The notes beneath the pieces are model-generated. The model was not told the DNA's origin. It saw only the letters and a list, made by a program, of their open reading frames with translations, and did not search any database. A program made the position numbers and the translations under genes. A stretch of DNA of 64,000 nucleotides from Antedon mediterranea (Eukaryota > Animalia > Echinodermata). Below are positions 49,767 through 60,859 of the stretch, in pieces (within the stretch, counting starts at the first letter, position 1; every line of letters begins with the position of its first letter). The stretch is from contig NC_092670.1 in NCBI RefSeq assembly GCF_964355755.1, positions 10,096,201 to 10,160,200 on the forward strand. The letters are read 5' to 3'.

Positions 49767-51301
49767 TTTTAAAAATTTATATTATATAATATAAAAAAAA
49801 TTTAATTTCAAATATTATCATTATTATTACTTACTGGTTTTAGTAGAGTTCTTTCAAGTTCTGTCTGAATGTTTGTCTTTTCTTTAATTTAAATGTACAA
49901 TTACTGTATACAATGAAGTATAATGATCTCTATTGTTATTTAGGATGTGGAAAAAGATAATTATGTTATTATCTAAGTGCTATTAATTTTATGATGCCGT
50001 TCATTTGTGTTGATTATTATATTACTAAAAATATTACTCTAATTGAGCTCGGGTGAGGTCTCTATTCATATCATTACATCTGCAGCTTTATCAGTATTAT
50101 GAAAACCATTTTTGCCGGCATCCAGTTCTCTTACTAAATGTGGTACTTGGGCCGGTATTATTTCTTGCTCTCATTAATGCCGGCCCGATTGAAGATTCAA
50201 ATAATTTGTCGACCCACTCTTGGTGAAGTTGTTCCCAGAAACTCTTTACCTATTACGTAGTCCCTTCTGGAAAATTTGAATGAATGGTGTTTGCTTAATT
50301 AAAAATGGCAAAAGATATACCAAATCCTTTAAAAATTATAGACAAATTTCCTTCCTTTACTAAATTATGCATTCCCAACTTTATGATTATTTGACAGCTA
50401 AGTTAAATATTCTGAATTAATATCATCAATATGATTTGCAAAGGTCACTCAACTGCTCATGCTGTCTTCTTAATAATACTTTTATTGAACATAGAGCAAT
50501 ATTAGCGTGAAAGCTCATATATATTGGTGTATATATCAAATAATTATTTGATTGAGAAATTTGTTTGATGTAATTAACCATTCTATTTTAAATAAGAAAA
50601 TGCGAAAATTATGGTATTAAAGGCACTCCTTTAAGCATTTGCTTCTTGAGTTAGTTGGATGGCAGAAACAATTTGTCTCTATCCAATCATTTAAATCATC
50701 GACCGAGGATATCACTTGTGGGTGTCTCCTCCCCCCAATTTTATTTTTACGTTAATGACCTGACTAATGTCAGTGAGAAGTTTAAGTGATATCCTTCTAT
50801 CCCTACTATTTTATTCATCTTCTTGTTGACATTTTATTTAATACTTTTAATTATGAATTGTCTAAATGTAATGACTGGTTTCTTTAAATTCTAAATTCTT
50901 ATAATATTTAGAAGCTCATGATGCTCTTGATTGACTAATAGAAATTCCTATGAACTTACACCAATATCAAAGAGAAGCTTAGAAACTGAACGTTGATGAA
51001 GTCAATGATGATTTAAGCATTTCTGACAAACAGATTGCATCAGACCAAAATTGGTACCCACTTTTCATCATGCCTCTCCTCAAATGGTGGCAACTGTCAA
51101 GATCTTAGTTAGGCCAGATCCTTTTTATAATTTTTATCAACGACTAAAGGCCAACTCAAACAGCTGAATACCGACGAGACTTGAGATAGCGTCAGGCGCA
51201 GTATTTAGGTCGTCGCGATAACTTTAAACTTGTTTTATTTCTCCCACGTGGCCAAGTTATCATAAATTTCGTTAGGAGAGTAAACAGCACATGTTGAAAG
51301 C

Positions 51302-52798
51302 CGTATCCGGATATTCACCCCCTGGACATTTACCCCCCGGACAACTACCCCCCGGACAACCACCACCTGGACCACTACCCCCTTAGGACAACTACCCCTT
51401 TAGGACAACTACCCCCCGGACAAATACCCCCAGACAACTACCCCCTTAGGACAACAACCCCCTTAGGACAACTACCCCCTGGACAACTACCCCCCGGACA
51501 ATTACTCCCTAGGAACAATTACCCCCCGGACAATTACCACCCAGAAAACTATCCCTTTAGAACACCCTAACCACCCAGACCATTCAACAACCTGACTCTG
51601 CAACAGTGTATAATAGGAATTAATAACTATATTTTAATTCGTTACTTTGACGAATTACTATTCATTATTGTAAACAAAAGTAAAAGATTGAACATAAATA
51701 TAGCCTGGTATAAACTGAAGATTGTCACACATGATCATAGGATAGTCGAACGTATTATGTACTCCCTGTATTTACTGTAAAGACTGGGTTCGCTAATAAT
51801 AATAATAATTTTTGCGTCAGGACAATGCTTCGATAACCACTGGTCTTAAAAGAATTAATTTTTGTCTCAAATTTGTCATATATGTATTTTTGTACACTTG
51901 AAGAATAATATCACTTTTGATATTTGACCTCAATGTTCACTCACCGAATAAACGTCGATCTTTAAATAAATTCCCCTCAAATAAACGGTGACCATGTCAC
52001 TCCCATGAAACATCATATGGAATAATCGTCGTCTATTTCCATTAGATTATACCCCCTCCCATTGAATAAACAACTTTCTTCCAAAAATGTCCACCTAAAA
52101 ACCACCTAAACAATAAACAGCCCAGGCCGTTTTTTCAATAAATACGGTACTTTAAATCTAGCACATCTAGGGTCTAGCGTGCTGTTAAACAGAATAATCG
52201 GTTAAAAACGGGTGTTTCGAAACTAGAGACCCGAGACCAGAGACCAGAGACCCGAGACCCAATACGAAAAGGGAGACCTAAATATACGAAAGGGAGACCC
52301 ACGTACAAAAAGGGAGACCCCACTATACGAAAAGAGAGACCACATTATACGAAAAGGGAGACCCTAATATACGAAAAGGGAGACCCAAATATAGGTCTCC
52401 CTTTTCGTATTGGGTCTCGTGTCAGGTCTATGGTCTCGGGTCTCTAGTTTCGAAACACCCGTTAAAAACAGATGATTTCATTTTTACAGAAACCGGTCCT
52501 ATATATTTGTCTACTTTTGGAAGGGGGGGAGGGGGTAGTTGACCTGACCGGGGGGTAGTTGACCAGGGGGTAGTTAGCTGGGGGGTAGTTATCCTAAGGG
52601 GGTAGTTGTCCTAAGGGGGTGGTTGTCCGGGGGATAGTTGTCCGGGGGTTGTTATCCTAAGGGGGTAGTTGTCCTAAGGGGGTAGTTGTCCGGGGGGTAG
52701 TTGTCCGGGGGTAGTTGTCCTAAGGGGGTAGTTGTCCGGGTGGTAAACATCCGGGGGGGGGGGGGGTAACTGTCTAGGGGGTAGGTGTCCTAGAACCA
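51302..52798. mobile_element. Foldback/MULE-like element with C-rich and G-rich subterminal arrays (GGACAACTACCCCC)
   Basis: Inverted tandem arrays at ~51310-51560 and ~52520-52790; TSD TTGAAAGC. Confidence 0.85.
52210..52460. mobile_element. MULE-like MITE nested in the previous element
   Basis: TIR GGGTGTTTCGAAACTAGAGACCCGAGACC; 9-bp TSD GTTAAAAAC; termini related to the 37028 element. Confidence 0.9.
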
Positions 52799-53315
52799 TT
52801 GAAAGCAGTTATTTTTGTGTTTGAATTGTCGGGGAGTTGCATAGGATTTTATTTCCTTCGTTATGTGATAATGAATCCAATAATGTGGAAAAGTTGATTT
52901 TGAAGGAATTAATTATTTTGTACGAATTTCTGATTTTTTTCTCGACGGAAAAGGGATTCCCCTCACATACTGCTTGTGACGTCACACACTGCAATTCCTA
53001 CCTCTTTATAATAGAGGGCGCTGTTGGCCTTAACTAAACCACCTGTTTGTTAAACAGATGTTGCCATGACGTATGCTATTGGGTATGTATTTTAAGACAA
53101 CAAACATCACAAATGAAAGAACAATAATAATATTACAAACAACACATTAAGTTCTTAACTTAACTAATTCTTCTGGTAAAAACCTAAAGTTACTAAATCA
53201 TTTAAAATGTTGTGTTAAGAAAAGAATCTCTTGCACTATTTGCTGTGTCAGTAGGTAAAGTAATTTCCAGTATAGATTATCTCTGAATATTTTATACAAT
53301 TACTATTGTACATAG

Positions 53316-53592
53316 TTAAAGTCCTCCCTTTGGTGCTCTTTTAACCATCATCTGTGTAATCTTATGGCTGTATTTAGTTCCCTTGAAATGATGCCACAAT
53401 ATATACCTTTGTCATAATTGGCAGCTGCAATTGTACCTGGTGTAAGGTAAGGGCCATTCAGGGATAAGTGGTAACAATTTTTAAACCACCAACCAGCTTG
53501 GGAGTTTTTGGCACAGTTCTTACTAGACGTTCCATCATTGTCTCTGTCTTATGTTGAAAACGGTCTGTCCTTATGGTATGCCATAGAGTCAC
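53316..53592 (-). pseudogene. FReD-3 pseudogene: last FBG exon only
   Basis: GDSMAYHKDRPFST*DRDND..NCAKNSQAGWWFKNCYHLSLNG..MMVKRAPKGGL*; in-frame TAA at 53549-53551 and a frameshift near 53400. Confidence 0.88.
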
Positions 53593-55519
53593 CTACCAAA
53601 AGAAAGATCAAGTTTGAGACATTTTTTAAGTTTAGGTTTTGTTTCGAACTTGGGTACGGTTTTTAGGTGTTGTTTCACACTCAGGTTTTTTAGACTCTGG
53701 TTTGAGTTTTTTTTCACACTCTGGTTGCAGCACACCCAGGTTTGAGTGAACGCTTAGTTTAAAGTAATATTTTAGTATTTTTATTTAATTATTTTGTTTT
53801 TATTTCCCTCAAAGCTTTTCCAATTCCTACCACTGAATACATCCCTGATAAAATTAATTTGTAATGCCTTCACCTGCATTTCCTGTGTACCCACTAATTC
53901 TGAGACCTTGCTTGTCTTGTTTGTTTCCATTTTGTGTTTAGTAGGACCGGTCACACGTACACACGATACAATTAATATCATTTGCGTTCATTTCATAGTG
54001 GGCTTCGTAGCTTCAATATTTAGTTCGTTCCGCCATTCTAGTAATGCATGCCATCAGATCTTGTGCAATGTGTTTAAAAGTGAGTTTTTTAGTTAGAACT
54101 GAACATTTAAAGTCGTTTTTGTACCTGATTTTTTATTTCCATTTTCTATAGGATAATAAATAAGCTCTTTCGCAATTTATATTTTTTTACATAACTACGA
54201 TAAAGAACTTTCAAGGTCACTTCATTTTTAAAATTGAAAGAATGGATTTGCAGGCAGTATTTTATTTACATGTACCATGAAAAAAATTCCTCCCCTAAAT
54301 TTAGCCTCAAATTATGCTAGAACGCTGCTGCGTCCGGGGACTTTAGTCCTGACTTTAGATCCTGTCACCACCAGTGCTTGGGTACAGTACATGTCTCAAG
54401 TTCTTTCCCAGCAGTCAATGTCCTTATCATTTAACCAGTCGTATTTCTAACATTATTTTTATTATCCTTTAAATGTGATAATTGCAAAGGAAACCCTACA
54501 GTATGTGGGTATTCATTGATTATTTTCACTACAAGGTACAAAGGGTGTATAATAAGGCCTTAAAAAAGTAAATTCTTTGTTTACTTGAAATATGTTTTTA
54601 GTGTAAAAATGGATTGAAGATATACTAACCTAGTTAGTTAGTATTAGGCTAGGCTCAGCCTAGGCGTTTTAGCCTTGCTAGGCCTAGGATTGTTTGGTCG
54701 TTTGTTGACATAATTAACACTAAAATAGGTGTGTTTATAAAATCCATATAAATATAACATTTAATATAATATTATTAAAAAACAAATGAAATGTAGGCCT
54801 TGGCTAGGACTACTATTTATTTGATTCAAATGACAGGAAGCTATTTAGATGTAAAACAAATAATGATTGTTTTATATTCGTGTAATGGTACAAATAATGG
54901 CATTTGATGAATGATAAAATGTTAAATATCAACTCGGCTTATTGTATGATGCTTTAAAACCTAAGTTTTACCTAAATGTAAATTGGATTAAATTGAACTA
55001 TTCAACATTTTAATTACTTGAATTCTGCCATATAGCCAATAATTGCTCTAGGCAGTAAAATAGCTCGCATTTAAATTTCTAAATGCTCCAGCATGTCAGT
55101 TAATACATTTTATATTAAGTGTTTTGAGACGATTATTTACATGTGGAAAATATTTGTCAAAGCAAATGGCTGGCCGGAGAAATTAACTTTGTTTTACAAG
55201 GGTAGCTCTAACAGCTGTACTTGCTGCAGTACAGGTGTCTTACAGAGGCCCTCTTAAAAACAATACAAAATGCCTACTACATTCAAGCATCAAATTACAA
55301 GCAGATTCATAAAAGTTAAAATTCACACAAAAACAATTTAGAAAAGTTTAAATTCATTGAAGTATAACAATTTAAAATATAAAAATAGATTTAATTTGTC
55401 ACTATGACGAATTATAGGTTATATGCATTGATTTAAATAAAGATAATTGATTTTTAAAAGATATATTAATTGATTGATTTTGTCAAAACCATATACCATA
55501 AGCCATATAGTATACACTT

Positions 55520-56340
55520 GAATAAAACAATCCGATCAAAGATCCCTCCGCTTATGTCATAAACCACCCTTACAGTACATAATAATAAACACATTACTTT
55601 TTCACTAGGTTTCATTATAAATCATGCTTATTATAATTTATACACTGAATAAACAATACAAATATAAAAAAAAAATTGTCTTTCATTTCGTTTCCCAACG
55701 TGAGACTTGATCTCGGGACCTCGACTGCTATAGACGAGATCACATGAGACCACCGAGCCATGTACACCTGAATAAAAGTTGAAGGAAGATTCCTCCGTGT
55801 ATTTAGTATGCAGTAACTACTTAGGCGCAGATAGATTATGACATACCGCAATGAATCATAAGTTTTTACAATGATGGTATCTTTAAAAATAAAAAAAAAA
55901 TGCACTGTCAAAGTATATATTTCCAACGTTAATATATGAAAATTTTAAAAAAAAATGTTAATGTTGTTAAGTTTGTTATTTCGGTCGAAGAAAATGTCAT
56001 AGTTTGTTTGATTGTCAAAATTTTTATTTTTTAATTTAATATGCAATTAATGATGATGTAATCAACTTTTTTTCTCTTATTCTCTTATTTTCATAAATCA
56101 TACATGTGATAAATACACTTTAAGAAAATGAATTGCAAAATAGGGGTTCCCGAGCATTTTGACGATCTATTTAGCATATTTTCACCATTTTTTTTACACC
56201 TGTCACTTTCGACATGCTCGTATAACATGGTTTCAAGTTTTTTGATTGCGCATCGTAAAAAGATAATCACATCGATTCCTGACCATAGGGAATATTCTCT
56301 GAAAAAATGACGTACCTAGATGAAATTGATCCAAAGATAA
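55520..56340. repeat. Dispersed repeat family; related copies at ~44720-45860 and ~60155-60845
   Basis: Shared blocks CCGATCAAAG, ACATACCGCAATGAATCATAA, TTTGTTATTTCGG, CCTGTCACTTT; tRNA-like A/B-box segment on the minus strand. Confidence 0.7.
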
Positions 56341-56597
56341 TTGATGAACAAAATAGTGCTAAGGAAAGAATAAATAAATACAGATTCTGACAGAATCAAT
56401 AAGGTTATATGCATGAAAATGCATATAACCTAGAAATATGAAATTCTTCATAAAAATAAAATTTTGCATAAATGAGTCAATTTTGGTGAATTTCCAAACA
56501 ATTAAAATGATCGTGAAAGAATTTCATTTAGCTTCGATTTTGTATAGATGACAAATTTCGTTTTTGTAAAAGCACAAGTTAACGGAGTACTTACTCG

Positions 56598-56630
56598 AAC
56601 GTTTCGATCTCTATCAGAGATCCTTCTCAA
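56598..56630 (-). ncRNA. Variant minimal hammerhead-like motif in the inverted pLTR copy
   Basis: Exact reverse complement of 58812..58844. Confidence 0.55.
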
Positions 56631-56664
56631 CTGACTGCGGAGTGTTAATGCAGCTTGGTCATTC

Positions 56665-58797
56665 TTGACGTCATCTGTTGATGACGTCGTACGCCTCCAG
56701 ATCTTAAGAGAAAAATTGGTGGTAAATCTGTCTAGTAAGTTGGTTAGTGAGGACGAAATATCAGCATTACAAAGGGGATTGAACTATTCGGCGAGCCCAC
56801 GATCCATGCCCATTGACGATCTCATAGTAGCGGCTGAAAAAGCGGCTGATCTCGTCCCCCTGGAAGAACAAGATACCGTTCGCAGTAAAATTGTAGCTAT
56901 TGTAAAATCTACCACTCTACCACCTTCAAATTTAACCCCCAAAGAACGACAGGCCATAAACAACTTGAAGAAAGATAAATATATTCTTATTCTCCCAGCG
57001 AATAAAGGTAGATCTACTGTCATCCTAAATACTAATGATTACAAAGATAAAGTGGGAACCATGGTGAGCGACACTAATGTTTACGAACTGCTAAAACGTA
57101 ATCCAACACAAAACTATAAACGAAAAGTGGTCAACATCATAGGCAGGTTGTTCAAAGAAAAGAAAATCAACTACAGAGAGAAAGAATGGCTGTTTCCCAC
57201 GGCTGAAATTGTACCTAGGTTGTATTGTCTTCCGAAGATAGATAAACCAAATTGGCCATTAAGACCTATAGTAGATAACATCAACACCGTTTTTTACACC
57301 GTTGCACAATTCCTCACCAAAATCCTGGGTCCGCTTGTCGGAAACACAGAACATCATGTAACTTACTCAGGAGAGTTGGCGAGTGAACTAAAAGAAATAA
57401 TAGTCAAACCAAGTGAAACAATTGTCTCGTTTGACGTAGTATCTCTGTTTACAAAAACACCAGTAGAAGAGGCCCTCAAAGTTGTCGAAAATCGCCTAAC
57501 AACAGATCCGACACTTCTGGATAGAACTAAACTACATGTGACAGACATAATGGAGCTCCTCGGTTTAATTGTGAACAAAACCTATTTCTCGTTCAATGGT
57601 AACATTTATAGGCAAATACAAGGCATTGCTATGGGAAGCCCAATAAGTCCTATATTGGCGAACTTGTATCTAGAGTGGCTCGAACATCAAGCCATAAACA
57701 CGGCACCCACTAACATCAAGCCTGTGTATTGGAAACGATACGTTGATGATGTATTAGCTATCGTCCCCATAGGTACAGTACATACATTTAACACACATCT
57801 TAATAACATCAATATAACTGACAATATCAAGTTCACCACAGAATCGATGACAAACAACACAATACCTTTCCTGGACATGCTCATCACTCTCAATGACAAT
57901 GGAACAGTTACCACCTCAGTCTATCGGAAGCCCACTCACACAGACCAATATTTACATTTCAACTCACATCATCCACTCGAACACAAACTGGGGCTTATAA
58001 ACACACGTGTGGACAGAGCTGAGAAGGTAGTGGGAGATATGGATTTGAGGAAAGTTGAGATGGATAACATCAAGAAAGCGTTACACAACTGCCAGTATCC
58101 AGAGTGGTCCTTCCAGAGAGTTATGGAAAACCGAAAAAGAAAAAAGAACAAAGGACACGAACCACAGAAAGAAAAGATCAAGATGCGAGGTAGCATAGGA
58201 ATCCCCTATGTAAAAGGAATTGCAGAAAGAATACGACACACTCTCTCCTATCACAATGTCGGAACCTATTTCCTACCCCAAAATAAAATCAAGAATAGCC
58301 TCGTCCACCCAAAAGATAAAATCGAGAAGATGGATACATGTGGAGTAATCTACGAAGTCACCTGCCGCAACTGTCCACAAGTTTACATTGGGGAAACAGG
58401 GAGGGCATTACAAACACGAATTAATGATCACAAAAAAGATGTTACAACAAACACGGGGGGAGTAATGACTAGGGCCTCCAGAACATCCACATCTTCGATC
58501 ATACACAAATCTGCCATTACAGAACATGTCATAAAACACAATCATGTACCGAACTGGGAGGCTACCATCTTAACCAAAGAGCCTAAACGCAAAGACAGAC
58601 AGATTAGAGAATCATTACATATAAGGAGAAATAAAGAGAAGACCATGAACCGGGACACTGGAGCCCACGAACTCTCGCATTTGTACAATGATTTGATAGA
58701 AACATCACCTGGCCGAGCCCCGCACAACCTCCAACATACAACCGGAGGCGTACGACGTCATCAACAGATGACGTCAAGAATGAGCAAGCTGCATTAA
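56665..58797 (+). CDS. Penelope-like RT and GIY-YIG endonuclease (N-terminus truncated, no true ATG)
   Basis: VVNLS..E..LQRGLNY, PANKGRSTV, LPKIDKP..PLRPIV, SFDVVSLFT, GIAMGSP, RYVDD, FLD, YRKPTHT; GVIYEVTC..C...YIGETGR. Confidence 0.93.
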   Translation: MTSSVDDVVRLQILREKLVVNLSSKLVSEDEISALQRGLNYSASPRSMPIDDLIVAAEKAADLVPLEEQDTVRSKIVAIVKSTTLPPSNLTPKERQAINNLKKDKYILILPANKGRSTVILNTNDYKDKVGTMVSDTNVYELLKRNPTQNYKRKVVNIIGRLFKEKKINYREKEWLFPTAEIVPRLYCLPKIDKPNWPLRPIVDNINTVFYTVAQFLTKILGPLVGNTEHHVTYSGELASELKEIIVKPSETIVSFDVVSLFTKTPVEEALKVVENRLTTDPTLLDRTKLHVTDIMELLGLIVNKTYFSFNGNIYRQIQGIAMGSPISPILANLYLEWLEHQAINTAPTNIKPVYWKRYVDDVLAIVPIGTVHTFNTHLNNINITDNIKFTTESMTNNTIPFLDMLITLNDNGTVTTSVYRKPTHTDQYLHFNSHHPLEHKLGLINTRVDRAEKVVGDMDLRKVEMDNIKKALHNCQYPEWSFQRVMENRKRKKNKGHEPQKEKIKMRGSIGIPYVKGIAERIRHTLSYHNVGTYFLPQNKIKNSLVHPKDKIEKMDTCGVIYEVTCRNCPQVYIGETGRALQTRINDHKKDVTTNTGGVMTRASRTSTSSIIHKSAITEHVIKHNHVPNWEATILTKEPKRKDRQIRESLHIRRNKEKTMNRDTGAHELSHLYNDLIETSPGRAPHNLQHTTGGVRRHQQMTSRMSKLH

Positions 58798-58811
58798 CAC
58801 TCCGCAGTCAG

Positions 58812-58844
58812 TTGAGAAGGATCTCTGATAGAGATCGAAACGTT
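58812..58844 (+). ncRNA. Variant minimal hammerhead-like motif (U3/A8 core) in the Penelope 3' pLTR
   Basis: TTGAGAA-G-GATCTC(tgata)GAGATC-GAAA-CG-TT, 15 nt after the ORF stop; stem I is weak. Confidence 0.6.
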
Positions 58845-59829
58845 CGAGTAAGTACTCCGTTAACTTGTGCTTTTACAAAAACGAAATTTGTCATCTATAA
58901 TTAAAATGATGTTTCTGGTGTTCTCTTAATCACCGCCCTCTTGTAACTGTTGCCAACTGATGTTGTATTAGAACATCTAGGTGTTAGGTTAAACCCATTT
59001 AGGTTTGAAAGTGTATAGGAAAGTTTTGTTTTAGTGATTTTTTACATTTATACATTGAAAGCTTTAGATTTAAATCTTAAATTGTATAGTAGTTTATTTG
59101 CTTTTTTAATGTTTATATACTTTCGCCTTTACCTTGGAAAATACATAAACATTCATCTTGTGTTTGCTTATGTCACAAATTTCTTTGATCAAAACCAATA
59201 TTATAAATATAATATGTAGGCCTACATTCATTGTAAGTATTTATTTCATTTTTAATCATTTCAAAACAAGATTTAACACTTAAAACTACAGCAAATATCT
59301 ACTTAAAATATAGGAAATACTGATTTATGATTAGATATCAATTTGATTTTATTAATTAAAAACAATGAATATAATAATGTCATTATTATGTATTAGCATA
59401 GTTTTAAATAATAAAATAAATATTTTTTTTACAGAATGACATGAATATATTATTTGGTATAATATTTAAAAATGATTAATAATAAAACATTCATTGTTTA
59501 CTATTATATAATTTAAAATACAAAATTAAAAATTCCCTATAATAAATTTTTAAACAAATCACAGTTGATATGACAATATATTTGATTATTAAGGTTATAA
59601 CATTTGAATTATTATAATAAAATAATTATTTAATGATAAGGTAAAATGATATTTAAAAGAAACAAAGAGGAATCTAAATTATTCAATAATTACAGATTCT
59701 GATTTGTTATGGTGCTCTTTTAACCATCATCACTGTTGTCTTAAAAGATCAAAATAGCGATTCCAGTTGATGCCATTGTAATCAGCTGTACCTAGTGTGA
59801 GACAAAGCCCATTCATCATGAAAATTCTC

Positions 59830-60074
59830 TTATGGTGCTCTTTTAATCATCATCACTGTCTTCTTGAGACTCTCATATTTATTATTGAAATGATACCAGT
59901 TGATACCTGCATTTGTACCTGGTGTAAGGTAAAGCCCATTCAGGTTTGAATAATGACAGGATTTGTACCACCAACCACTTTTCCTGTCCGTAGCACAGTT
60001 AATATCCATTCTCTTATCATTGTCTTTATCATACGTTGTAAATTGTTGACCATTGTGGTATGCCAAAGAATCAC
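59830..60074 (-). CDS. FReD-4: last FBG exon, intact; upstream exons not in the window
   Basis: tttag|GT GAT TCT; [23 protein letters not shown]...SGWWYKSCHYSNLNG..MMIKRAP*. Confidence 0.8.
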
Positions 60075-60859
60075 CTAAACAAACAAGATATTAGATCATC
60101 TTTAGTTTACTTCATATATCTTTAAATTTTTAAATATTTGTATATTTGTATCACTATCCGATCAAAGTTTCCTCTGTGTATAATGTCATAAACCACATTT
60201 GTTACATAATAATAAAGACATAAGTTACTTTATATCTAGATTTCATTATAAATCATGTGTATAATCTATACACTAAGAAATAAAATTGAATAAACAATAC
60301 GGATAATAAAAAAATCTCATTTCGTTTCGTTTCCCAAGGTGAGACTCGATCTCGGTACCTTGAATGCCATAGACACAGCCCAAACCACCGAGCCATACAC
60401 AACTGACTAAAAGTTGTAGAATAATTCCTCCGTGTATTTACTATGCAGTAACCACTTTAGTGCAGTTAGATTATTACATACCGCAATTAATTATAATTTT
60501 TTACTATGATGATATATTTAAAAATTTAAAAAAATGATGCACTGTCAAACTATAAACTTTTAACTTTAATATATGAACATTTTATGGAAGAAAGTTAATG
60601 TTAGGTTTGTTATTTCGGCCTAAGAAAATGTCATAATTATTTGATTGGTATTTAAAATGCAATTAATGATGACTTTATCAACTTTTGTTCTCTTAATTTC
60701 ATAATAAAGCATACATATGATACATACACTTCAAGAAATTGAAGTAAAAAATAGGTGTTCCCGAGCATTCTGACGATCTATATTATTTTTAAAATAAAGG
60801 ATATTTTCACCATTTTGTTAACTTAGACGTGCGTAGCCTGTCACTTTTGGTTATTTTAT

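Larger units (their letters stand above)
56512..58899 (+). mobile_element. Penelope-like retroelement, 5'-truncated, with inverted pLTRs
   Basis: 156-bp inverted repeats at 56543..56698 and 58744..58899; 12-bp TSD AATTAAAATGAT at 56500-56511 and 58899-58910; RT plus GIY-YIG ORF. Confidence 0.93.

Noticed and set aside
50720-51150. RT-like words (YVNDL, FIND)
   Set aside because: Too short and degraded to delimit as an element.
56784-58727. Minus-strand ORFs within the Penelope element
   Set aside because: Antisense shadows with no motifs.
56543-58899. DNA transposon with 156-bp TIRs
   Set aside because: It encodes RT and GIY-YIG, not a DDE transposase; the repeats are inverted pLTRs.
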